Positions 1 to 8,772 of a stretch of DNA of 19,017 nucleotides are shown piece after piece (the stretch's first letter is position 1; each line of letters opens with the position of its first letter). The translations under genes were made by a program, and so were the position numbers. This DNA is from Paraspadella gotoi (Eukaryota > Animalia > Chaetognatha). A model generated the notes under the pieces. It made no database searches and was not told the origin of the DNA. It worked only from the letters and a program-made list of their open reading frames with translations. The stretch is from positions 4,677,494 to 4,696,510 of the forward strand of contig CM119263.1 of the NCBI GenBank assembly GCA_051294375.1, read 5' to 3'.

Positions 1-115
1 GAGAGCTATTTCAAGAAAAAAAAATCTTCCCTGGTCGGAAAATAAAGAGACAGACAGAGAAACAGACGGACAGACAGAAATATTAAGAGACAGAAAGATC
101 TTTTATTGACAGAAA

Positions 116-226
116 GTCACGTGAATACCTCGTGAGACTCGCGTGACGGCACCGCGTGAAAAAGGAATCGATGTGAATCGGAGCGAGAAAAGCTTTTTGT
201 CACGGACGCCCCGAGTGAAGGTGAGA
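116..226 (+). promoter_or_regulatory. Putative promoter / non-coding first exon upstream of the Ctr gene (E-box-like cluster)
   Basis: GTCACGTGA at 116-124, related CGTGA motifs at 130-160 in a CpG-rich patch, then donor-like AAG|GTGAGA (220/221) and GAA|GTAAGG (276/277). The link to the Ctr gene is inference. Confidence 0.3.
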
Positions 227-511
227 TGCGAGCAACTTGCTTGATTGGAGCTTGATCTGTCTGACAAGCTTGTGAAGTAAGGGACTAAGTGGTTTTGTTT
301 TAAGTATAGTTTTTACTTGTTACGAGTTGGAAATGTATACAATATCATACGAATGAGTAATGAGTCTTTTGCGGTTTATTGATTTTGCGTGTTATTTTTC
401 TACTTCATAATCCGTATCATGCCTTGGGAAAAACTTCACTAGTTTAGGTATAATTATAAGAGTTAAATAAAGAATTACAAACAATTTTTATCTTTTTCCC
501 CAAAAGTTATA

Positions 512-655
512 TTTTTAGTTGCGCCGCGAGTACTCGCGGGCAACTCTATAAGTCGGTCTGTCCCACTTACGTTAAAAACGCTTATAACTTTCCTATAGAT
601 TGTTACTCATTTGTTGAAAATCAAATCTAAGCGACTACTGGCGCCGCCTTTTGTT
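512..655 (+). mobile_element. Tiny non-autonomous Helentron (HINE/DINE-like) element
   Basis: TTTTT-AGTTGC...GCAACT-CTATAAG 5' hairpin (517-545, perfect inner palindrome CCGCGAGTACTCGCGG 524-539), GTCGGTCTGTCC, then 3' sub-terminal GCGACTA (631-637) with a short GGCG/CGCC element and T run. Same end signature as 17062-17103 (- strand). Confidence 0.55.
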
Positions 656-1123
656 TTTAATGATAAGTAAAAAGAAAAGTAATGCGGCGCAACACCTTGG
701 AATAACCGTTCCTTGTTTTTCTTTTTTTTTTCTCTCTTTTTCTTTTTCTTCTTTTTTGGTCTTTTTTTTTACCTCCCGCATTTCTATTTTCTTTGTGAGT
801 CCGGATTCAGATTCATTTTTCTCCGATAAAATTGACTCATCAGTGAATTCATTTTTAATGAACTAATGTTAATTATTAATTATTAACTAAATTGACTTCA
901 TTTTAACAATCAACGAACAATAAAGCTTCATATAACTAACATGACACAGTTTTCTGGGATGAACGAACAGAAATGGGGCACCCTTAGAATGGAGAGCCAG
1001 ATTTTCTTCGTAAAATAACCCCGATTCCGAAACTGACGACCCTTGACGGAGAAGACAATATTGATCACATCACCTCAAAATAAATCACTGAATGAATTGA
1101 AAACTCGTTCTATGAAGAAAATC

Positions 1124-1166
1124 GTAGTCGTCGTTGTTGTCGTCGTCGTTGTTGTCGTCGTCGTTG
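1124..1166 (+). repeat. (GTC/GTT)n trinucleotide repeat running into the gap
   Basis: Directly visible; ends at N run 1167-1512. Confidence 0.9.
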
Positions 1167-1512
1167 NNNNNNNNNNNNNNNNNNNNNNNNNNNNNNNNNN
1201 NNNNNNNNNNNNNNNNNNNNNNNNNNNNNNNNNNNNNNNNNNNNNNNNNNNNNNNNNNNNNNNNNNNNNNNNNNNNNNNNNNNNNNNNNNNNNNNNNNNN
1301 NNNNNNNNNNNNNNNNNNNNNNNNNNNNNNNNNNNNNNNNNNNNNNNNNNNNNNNNNNNNNNNNNNNNNNNNNNNNNNNNNNNNNNNNNNNNNNNNNNNN
1401 NNNNNNNNNNNNNNNNNNNNNNNNNNNNNNNNNNNNNNNNNNNNNNNNNNNNNNNNNNNNNNNNNNNNNNNNNNNNNNNNNNNNNNNNNNNNNNNNNNNN
1501 NNNNNNNNNNNN
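1167..1512. other. Assembly gap/masked run hiding the Ctr N-terminal exon (nine further N runs occur downstream)
   Basis: N run; most N runs abut simple repeats. Confidence 0.95.
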
Positions 1513-1523
1513 TGATTCCGCGG
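1513..1523 (+). CDS. SLC31A: Ctr transporter: visible 3' end of an upstream coding exon (rest in gap)
   Basis: GAT TCC GCG G|GTGAGC strong phase-1 donor; DSAG matches CTR1 NTAG just before TM1. Confidence 0.75.
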
Positions 1524-2157
1524 GTGAGCGACGCCTGGTGGGAAAATTCGGCATGAAAAAAAAACTAGTTAGAAGATGTATTTTTGTTTGTTTGTTATGA
1601 TTTGAAAACTTAACGAGCTGTGAAACTCATTCTTTATAAAAAATAATTCATTAAATCTAACGATTTGTTATTGTAAATCTTTGAATTATTCATTGCATAC
1701 CATGACACTGAACAATCAACATTTTGACACTCTTATTCATATTGTCAGTGATATTCACAACATTCCTTCACATTTAATTTCACCGACATTCATTTATTCT
1801 CTTCCCCAGGGGCGACTTTCGGTCTTTGCGCTTTATTCTTCATCTTATCTTTCGGTTTTCAAAAACTTCGTCTTTTCCAAGAATCGCTGCTGCTCGACCC
1901 TTCGAAGAAAGGACGGGCCTTGTCGGGCAATCGCCGTGCCGCGTCGGGCGATCGACGAGGTTCGTCGGACCAGAGACGGACCGGATCGGTCGACCCGGGT
2001 CATTGGCCAAACACGCCGGGCGAATCGGTCAACTCGGCAAGGTCTTCCTCAGTTTGGGATTAATTGAAGCAAACGAAAATTATATCAAAGGAATTAATCA
2101 AAACAAACAAAGCAAAACAAATAGTATATAAGGACGAGAGAGAGAGAGAGAGATGGA

Positions 2158-2193
<36 letters not shown>

Positions 2194-3032
2194 AGCAGAC
2201 AGAGAGAGAGAGGAGGAGAGAAGAATAGAGAGAGAGAGGAGAGAGAGAGAGGAGAGAGGATTTAAATACATGGAATTTAAGTTGAAAACAAAAATACGAT
2301 TCGTATGTTTTAATATTTAACTTTTTTAGAGAGAACTGCAGAAGAAATTGAAATCGCTACGAGGACGACGACGAGCGAGACGATGACGGATCCAACGACG
2401 ACGAAGACGACGACAATGGCAGCGTCGACACAAGTTATCTTGCTGAAACGAAACGCCGTCGCTACCGCGGTTTACATGGTAATCATTGTATATAAAGAAT
2501 TAAACAAGTAATCAATTAATTATTCAAATAATCTATTAATCAATCAATCGATTAATCAATTAATCTTTCCCTGGATTTGTGCATAAGGCGCTAAGTGGGC
2601 TGAAGACTACTATTCGGATCCTCTGTGCCCCCTCAGCAGCCATGGAACGGGTCCTCGGCTTGGAACCAGGCTTGGGGGGGAGCTGTTTACCTCGCAGGGT
2701 TTGTACCTAATGGTCGTGAGCTGCTGGTATTACTTAATGAGCCACCGAGTCACGACTGAAGTTGTCATGCTTATAGGCGGAGTAAACTTATGCAATGCCC
2801 GAGTACAGATTAATCAATAAATAAAATTAGTCTACTCAAACAAATCAGTTAATTAATGAATCAATCAATCAATAAATTAATCAGTCAATCAATCAATCAA
2901 ATCAATGTCCAGTTTCAGATTTTTCTCGCTTACATCCTGATGTTGGTCGTCATGGATTTCAACGCAAATTATTTCTTCGCCGTCGTTCTCGGATTTGGCG
3001 CTGGATTTTTCGTATTTGAATCTTCGGCTTGA
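1513..3032 (+). CDS. SLC31A: Ctr/SLC31-family copper transporter, spliced, 5'-partial: join(<1513..1523,1810..~1959,2330..2478,2913..3032)
   Basis: Spliced translation ..DSAGATFGLCALFFILSFGFQKLRLFQESLL..(loop)..NAVATAVYMFQIFLAYILMLVVMDFNANYFFAVVLGFGAGFFVFESSA*. It has three TM segments, MxxxM in TM2 and GxxxG in TM3. It aligns by eye without gaps to human CTR1 segments [31 protein letters not shown] and [44 protein letters not shown]. All introns are GT-AG and phase-compatible. The paralog (CTR1 vs CTR2) is not assigned. Confidence 0.9.
1810..1959 (+). CDS. SLC31A: Ctr transporter exon encoding TM1 and start of cytoplasmic loop (3' boundary uncertain)
   Basis: Acceptor TTATTCTCTTCCCCAG|GG; ATFGLCALFFILSFGFQKLRLFQESLL. 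Best phase-1 donor is GAG|GTTCGT at 1959/1960, with an alternative G|GTCATT at 1998/1999. The frame stays open to TAA 2061-2063. Confidence 0.8.
2135..2260 (+). repeat. Imperfect (GA)n microsatellite, intronic
   Basis: Directly visible. Confidence 0.95.
2330..2478 (+). CDS. SLC31A: Ctr transporter exon: Thr-rich loop and start of TM2
   Basis: Acceptor CTTTTTTAG|AG, donor ATG|GTAATC; RTAEEIEIATRTTTSETMTDPTTTKTTTMAASTQVILLKRNAVATAVYM. Confidence 0.8.
2578..2807 (-). mobile_element. 230-bp TGT...ACA element copy 1 (solo-LTR/retrozyme-like) in the last Ctr intron
   Basis: Colinear homology with 3743-4011 ends at TGT/ACA; flanked by the 4-bp direct repeat GATT (2574-2577, 2808-2811). Confidence 0.7.
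2648..2680 (-). ncRNA. Partial twister-like remnant (3' half only)
   Basis: Minus strand ..CCCCCAAG CCTGG TTCCAAGC CGAGG A CCCG: P4 has 4/5 pairs and the L4 loop is intact. The GA-GGA/P1/UAA half seen in copy 2 is absent. Confidence 0.5.
2913..3032 (+). CDS. SLC31A: Ctr transporter last coding exon: TM2 (MLVVM), TM3 (GFGAG), stop
   Basis: CAG|TTT CAG ATT...; FQIFLAYILMLVVMDFNANYFFAVVLGFGAGFFVFESSA, then TGA at 3030-3032. Confidence 0.92.
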   Translation, partial: FQIFLAYILMLVVMDFNANYFFAVVLGFGAGFFVFESSA

Positions 3033-3110
3033 ATGGATTTAGAATCGGGATTTAGATTTAGAATTGCGTTTCAGATTGAGAATCGGGATTTACATTTAGA
3101 ATCGGCATTT

Positions 3111-3112
3111 CC

Positions 3113-3151
<39 letters not shown>

Positions 3152-3232
3152 ACTCACTCACGTCACTCACTCACTCACTCTCTCTCTCTCTCTCACTCAC
3201 TCACTCACTCACTCACTCACTCATCACTCACT

Positions 3233-3286
<54 letters not shown>
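3111..3286 (+). repeat. Compound (CT)n/(CACT)n microsatellite in the presumed Ctr 3' UTR
   Basis: Directly visible. Confidence 0.95.
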
Positions 3287-3289
<3 letters not shown>

Positions 3290-3742
3290 ATGAGATTCCC
3301 ATCGATTTTCTTCCCGAAATAGTGATAGATTAATTTCCAATTGATTTAATGATTATTTTTTTGTTTGTTCGTTTATGTATTTATTGATATATTTAATAGT
3401 CCATATTATTCTTGTTAACTATTAGTCGAATTCTAATTGACTTAAATGATATAATAAACACTTAAATTTGTCTGCTAGGATATCATCATTGTGAAACGAA
3501 GTTGGTACAACCAATATTATCAATTCATTCAATAAATAAGCTATCTTGTTCCTGACTTTGAACAGGCGAGTCCTTGATAGATTTTATCCGAGTCACGGAT
3601 CCGATTCCATTCTTGGTTCTGATTCCATCTGAAATGAGACGATGACATTACAGGACACTGAACGCTTTCTATCGAGTTTATTAACCTGACTTCATAATAA
3701 ATAAAGTGCTATATGCAATAAGGCGGGTCAAAATTGATTACT

Positions 3743-4011
3743 TGTGGATAAGGCGCTAAGTGGGCAGAAGATGACTATCCGTAACTTCTATAACCCCCTC
3801 TAGCAGACATGGATCGGGTGTAAGGCTTGGAACCAGGCTTGAGGGTTTGCCACGCCCCCAAGGCGGCTTACGGCCGTCCTCACTCTTCCCGCAGGGTAGG
3901 TACCGGGTACCTAGTGGTCATGAGCTGATGGCTTTACTCAATGAGCCACTGGGTCACAACGGAAAGAGTTATGCTTATAGGCGGGGTGAACCTAGGCAAT
4001 GCCCGACTACA
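3743..4011 (-). mobile_element. 269-bp TGT...ACA element copy 2 (solo-LTR/retrozyme-like) carrying a twister-like fold
   Basis: Diverged direct copy of 2578-2807 (shared blocks ATAAGGCGCTAAGTGGGC, GGCTTGGAACCAGGCTTG, ATGCTTATAGGCGG, GCAATGCCCGA). No clean TSD (TACT vs AATT). Confidence 0.7.
3815..3891 (-). ncRNA. Twister ribozyme-like, P5-type permutation, P4 disrupted
   Basis: Minus strand CGGG AA GAGT GA GGA CGGCCG TAA GCC GC CTTGGGGG cgtggcaaa CCCTCAAG CCTGG TTCCAAGC CTTAC A CCCG: P5 4 bp, P3 8 bp, pseudoknots GGA/TCC and GC/GC. P4 retains only 2 of 5 pairs. Confidence 0.65.
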
Positions 4012-5018
4012 AATTCATATATGGATAATGGATAATTTTTATATTGGTTGTATCAATTTCATACTAAATCAATATTTACTATCACTTTTTCAACTCGTGA
4101 AGCACAGTATAACATTAAAGCATTTAAAATTTTAAATATTTATCAATGCATAGGCAATGAAAAAATTTTTATATAAAAATTCTCATTTAATGATATTTTA
4201 TCCGGGTCATCTTTACGTGACGTCGTCTTTCTCATCACCAACTTTTTCCCCTCATCTTTTTAAAAATTAAACCCAAGAAAAATTCAAAACTAAAAACAAA
4301 AAAAATTACGAATCCAGAAGCAAAAAGAAAAATTTATTCTTTTCTTTCGTCAACTTTTCGTCTTCAAGACAAAACTAACCTCGCCCCCTTCGCTCCACTC
4401 ATTTGTTCTCGACCCCCCGTCGCCCTCCTCCCCCTCTTTCTCCCCCCCCTCTTTCTCCCGTCTCGAGGGAAGAAAGCGAATTTCTCCCCCTCCCTCTTTC
4501 TCTCCTCGGATTTGCGAAGAAAGGATGAAATCTTTTTTTTCCCCGAGGAAAAGAGGGTGACGAGGAATCGAATCAGAAAATGTCGGGAGAGCGAGACGAA
4601 AAATGTTGGGGGGTGAGGAAGGGGGTGGGGGAAAAGGTGAAGAGGGNNNNNNNNNNNNNNNNNNNNNNNNNTTATGAGCTATCTGAATCTGGTCTTAAAA
4701 TTTAAAAATTACAAAAAAAAATTTGGGCCTTTCCTATTTATAAATAAATATTAAAAAATTAATTATTTGGGTATAGAGCCACATAAGAAATGTTTTGTCC
4801 ATTGAAAGTATACTTAAAAATGTATAAATTTTCGTTTGAGCATATAATCATTCTAAATTTTTGATTCACTCCATTGAGTGGGGTTACCCCTACTAAGGGT
4901 GGGGAAGACTTGGGGGGAAAGGTCGTAGATGGAGTCTCCTCTTTTCTCCCCTTCTCTGCTCCTTTATGTAAGCGCTTTTATTCGAATGCAACGTGGATGA
5001 TTCAGTACAATCAGCAGT

Positions 5019-5429
5019 AACTTTTAACCTTTGTTTCCTACACCTTTAACCCTTAACATTTAACCTCTAACNNNNNNNNNNNNNNNNNNNNNNNNNNNNN
5101 NNNNNNNNNNNNNNNNNNNNNNNNNNNNNNNNNNNNNNNNNNNNNNNNNNNNNNNNNNNNNNNNNNNNNNNNNNNNNNNNNNNNNNNNNNNNNNNNNNNN
5201 NNNNNNNNNNNNNNNNNNNNNNNNNNNNNNNNNNNNNNNNNNNNNNNNNNNNNNNNNNNNNNNNNNNNNNNNNNNNNNNNNNNNNNNNNNNNNNNNNNNN
5301 NNNNNNNNNNNNNNNNNNNNNNNNNNNNNNNNNNNNNNNNNNNNNNNNNNNNNNNNNNNNNNNNNNNNNNNNNNNNNNNNNNNNNNNNNAGTTTAGTTTA
5401 GTTTAGTTTAGTTTAGTTTAGTTTAGTTT
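5019..5429. repeat. Degenerate 7-mer (YTTAACC-like) repeat before, and (GTTTA)n after, gap 5072-5389
   Basis: CCTTTAACCCTTAACATTTAACCTCTAAC up to 5071; (AGTTT)n at 5390-5429. Confidence 0.7.
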
Positions 5430-7542
5430 GATTTCTCCTCACTCCTCTTTTTTCTCCCTCCTTTCTCCTCTCTTTCCCCCTTTCCTTTCTCTCCCCNNNN
5501 NNNNNNNNNNNNNNNNNNNNNNNNNNNNNNNNNNNNNNNNNNNNNNNNNNNNNNNNNNNNNNNNNNNNNNNNNNNNNNNNNNNNNNNNNNNNNNNNNNNN
5601 NNNNNNNNNNNNNNNNNNNNNNNNNNNNNNNNNNNNNNNNNNNNNNNNNNNNNNNNNNNNNNNNNNNNNNNNNNNNNNNNNNNNNNNNNNNNNNNNNNNN
5701 NNNNNNNNNNNNNNNNNNNNNNNNNNNNNNNNNNNNNNNNNNNNTCTTTCCCTATATCCCTCCCATTTCTTTTCTCTTCCTCCTTTTCCCTCTCTTTTCT
5801 ATTTTTCATCTCCACAAAACTTTTTCGATAAAGAATCCAAATTGTTTTGTTCCCTCAGGATTCGACTTTAGTTTGCCCTTCTGATTTTTTTCTTCCACCT
5901 TCCCTTTCGTTTATTATTTATTTCCTACCAACTTTCTTCATTCCTTCCTCCAACCTCAGACTATTTTNNNNNNNNNNNNNNNNNNNNNNNNNNNNNNNNN
6001 NNNNNNNNNNNNNNNNNNNNNNNNNNNNNNNNNNNNNNNNNNNNNNNNNNNNNNNNNNNNNNNNNNNNNNNNNNNNNNNNNNNNNNNNNNNNNNNNNNNN
6101 NNNNNNNNNNNNNNNNNNNNNNNNNNNNNNNNNNNNNNNNNNNNNNTGGCAAAATGATCAGTTGTTGTTTTTGTTTATATTTTGTTTTTATTAGATTAAA
6201 ATCTGAAGATCAAAGCGAAAAGGGAAAGAGTATGAGATCCGGCTGGTGTGATGATGGAGTGAAGCAGGAGTGATGGGGGAGTGACTCTGGAGTGAGGATG
6301 AATCGAAGCTGGAGTGAGCCTCTGATGAGTTTGAAGAACTCTATACTGTTCAGCTTGCAAGCTACTTGATCAATCATTTTCCCCTTTCGGTCTATTCCCT
6401 ACGATAATAAAAAGAATATATTGGTAGGTCTTGAAACGTCAACCGAACCTCCGCTCGGTGGCCGCAAAACGAAGCAGGAAACGAAAACAAAAGATGTTTT
6501 CATTTTCCGAGTTTGAAATTCGATCCGAGATTAAAAAAAGAAGCCGAACGGAAAAATCGGAAGAATCCAGTTGTGATGGATAATTGCTACAAACTTGACC
6601 CCCGGATAGAACCCTGGCCCAAAAGGCAGAATAAAGTTGGATAGAAAATGAATGTGGAATAGCTTCTTTTATTTTAAGTTAAACTTTTAAAGAGGATAAA
6701 AACATTGTTCTTTTGTGTACAAAGCTGAAGTATATTAGTAGAGCGCCGCTCTGGTGGCGATTTTGTTAACTACGATGGAAAAAAAGTTTTTTAAACAAAA
6801 TTCGTGACGAAACGAACAGAAGCGAAATTTGAGTTCTTTTTCTTTCTTTTTTTTTAATTTTATTTTCTTTCTTTTTTTCTTTCACTCCTCATTCACTTTT
6901 TTTTCTTTCTTTTTCTTTTTTTCTTTCTTTTCTTCTCTTTTTCGCTCAAGTCGCCGAATGATTCGGTTTTGGGCCATAAATCGTTTAAGAAATGTCTGTG
7001 AGAGGAGAGTTATGTCAGACTTGGTTTTNNNNNNNNNNNNNNNNNNNNNNNNNNNNNNNNNNNNNNNNNNNNNNNNNNNNNNNNNNNNNNNNNNNNNNNN
7101 NNNNNNNNNNNNNNNNNNNNNNNNNNNNNNNNNNNNNNNNNNNNNNNNNNNNNNNNNNNNNNNNNNNNNNNNNNNNNNNNNNNNNNNNNNNNNNNNNNNN
7201 NNNNNNNAACCCGAAAGCTGTTTTTATGATTATTTTTTTTCAAGCAAAGAAAAAAGCGGGAAGGAAAGAGACAAAAGGACAAAAACGACCGCAAAGTCAC
7301 GTGATCAATATTATATTTCATAATACGTAAATAAAACAATTGATTGATAAAAAACAAAAAAAGAAAAATGACGTGGATCACTCCCTTTCTCCTTTTTTTT
7401 TCGAAATTCGCTCAAATTTATCGCTCAAATTAAATTCCAATTGAGATCACGCTGTGACATTTATATTTTTTTTCTTACGAGTATTTTCGTTTCACGCTTT
7501 TCGGACGATGGTGATATAACTCACAACCAAATAATCCACCGG

Positions 7543-7678
7543 GTGATAAAACAATCCTCTATGTGATAAAAACAAGCCTCTCTGTAATAAATCATTCCTA
7601 TTTGTGATAAAAAGAATCTCCCTGTGATAAAACGATATACCAAGTGATAAAACGATATACCAAGTGATAAAAACAATC
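7543..7678 (+). repeat. ~20-bp minisatellite GTGATAAAACGATATACCAA, about 7 diverged units
   Basis: GTGATAAAA recurs about every 20 bp. Confidence 0.85.
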
Positions 7679-8627
7679 AAGAATCATAAATTTCAATTGA
7701 TGCGTTAAAAATCGTCAACTTTTCTGTTTTTTTCGTGATTTAAATTATTTTTNNNNNNNNNNNNNNNNNNNNNNNNNNNNNNNNNNNNNNNNNNNNNNNN
7801 NNNNNNNNNNNNNNNNNNNNNNNNNNNNNNNNNNNNNNNNNNNNNNNNNNNNNNNNNNNNNNNNNNNNNTTTTTTTTTTTTTTTTTTTTTGTCGCTGTTG
7901 TTGCGTTTCGACTGTTTTCTTTCTCATTTTCTAGTCAAGTTAAAATTATAATTTTAAAAGTAAATTATTTTCAATTCTTTACTAAAAAAAAACATTTCTG
8001 GCTTTTTAACATAAAATATTAGAAATTATGATTATATATAAGATTTAATGGCTTCTAATTCTACGGACAAACGTTACATTGATTGTTCCCTAAATCTAGT
8101 CTTGAACTTTTGTTTCAGTACAAAGTTTTAGGCGGATGTACCTCGACACTTTGGGTTGAAACCTCAAAGTTCGAGGGTACAGCCACTACAGGCAAAACCA
8201 CGATAAACAAAATATCCTGAGTTTGTAAGAGGAGACGTTTTCTTAGTCAAGAAAGTCTAAACTAAAAATGAAGAGGTAAAGATCTCAGAACAAATGGCCA
8301 AACGATCTTTACCTGGGATTCGAGCTGAATTAGTGGCTAGTTATAAAAGTATGTATAAAACTATACTAGGAATTCCCAGTGGTTCATTTGATTTAAAAGA
8401 TTATTGTAATCAATAAAAAAAATTAACTTTTTTTCACTACGTATAAAATCAAAATAAACATTAATTCAATTAATAAATAAGCTATAAAAATATTTTTCAT
8501 ATAATTTAAATTTTAAAAAAAGAAATAAAAAAAATTCAAAAGTGAAAAAATATTCGTAATATTCGTAATATTCGTAATATTTTCTACCGTGAGATCAAAC
8601 ATAACTCCCACCTCCCCTTAAAAATTC

Positions 8628-8772
8628 GGGGGCGGGACGAGAGAACAAGAAACAATCAGAGGCGGAAAAAAAGGCGGGCGGGGAAAGCGGGCATAGGAGG
8701 CAGGGAAGGCGGGCAGAAAATCGATTTCAGGGGCGGACACGCGGCGGGCGGTCGGGCGGTCTACCCCGCCGC
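8628..8772. promoter_or_regulatory. Small GC/CpG island with multiple GGGCGG boxes
   Basis: Several GGGCGG/GGCGGG motifs in an otherwise AT-rich background; function inferred only. Confidence 0.3.

Noticed and set aside
1681-2131. ORF-track ORFs 1681-2067 and 1826-2131
   Set aside because: Wrong frames over the Ctr TM1 exon.
2352-2494. Acidic neuropeptide-like frame (RYEDDDERDDD...KRRRYRG) and a - strand poly-Val TM frame
   Set aside because: The acidic frame is blocked by an upstream TGA; the Thr-rich frame is the one that joins the Ctr TM2 in register.
3033-3293. Read-through His-rich extension of the Ctr protein (in-frame ORF right after TGA)
   Set aside because: The open frame is mostly CT/CACT microsatellite, which cannot encode stops, and the stop context TGA-A is not the leaky TGA-C type.
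2578-4011. One intact TRIM/LTR element spanning both copies
   Set aside because: The copies are too diverged, no PBS or PPT is seen, the interior is a host exon, and copy 1 has its own TSD.
5019-5071. Interstitial telomere
   Set aside because: Only a few degenerate 7-mers are visible; the rest is N.
6322-6345. Hammerhead core CTGATGA (also - strand near 838-844 and CTGAAGA at 13852)
   Set aside because: No stem II followed by GAAA and no matching cleavage-site stems.
6741-6759. CTCF site GAGCGCCGCTCTGGTGGCG
   Set aside because: One extra base in the core relative to the consensus; not supportable without a PWM scan.
5423-7927. ORFs spanning N runs and poly-T/CT tracts (also 8618-9127, 14766-15956, 18180-18813)
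   Set aside because: Artefacts of gaps and low-complexity sequence.
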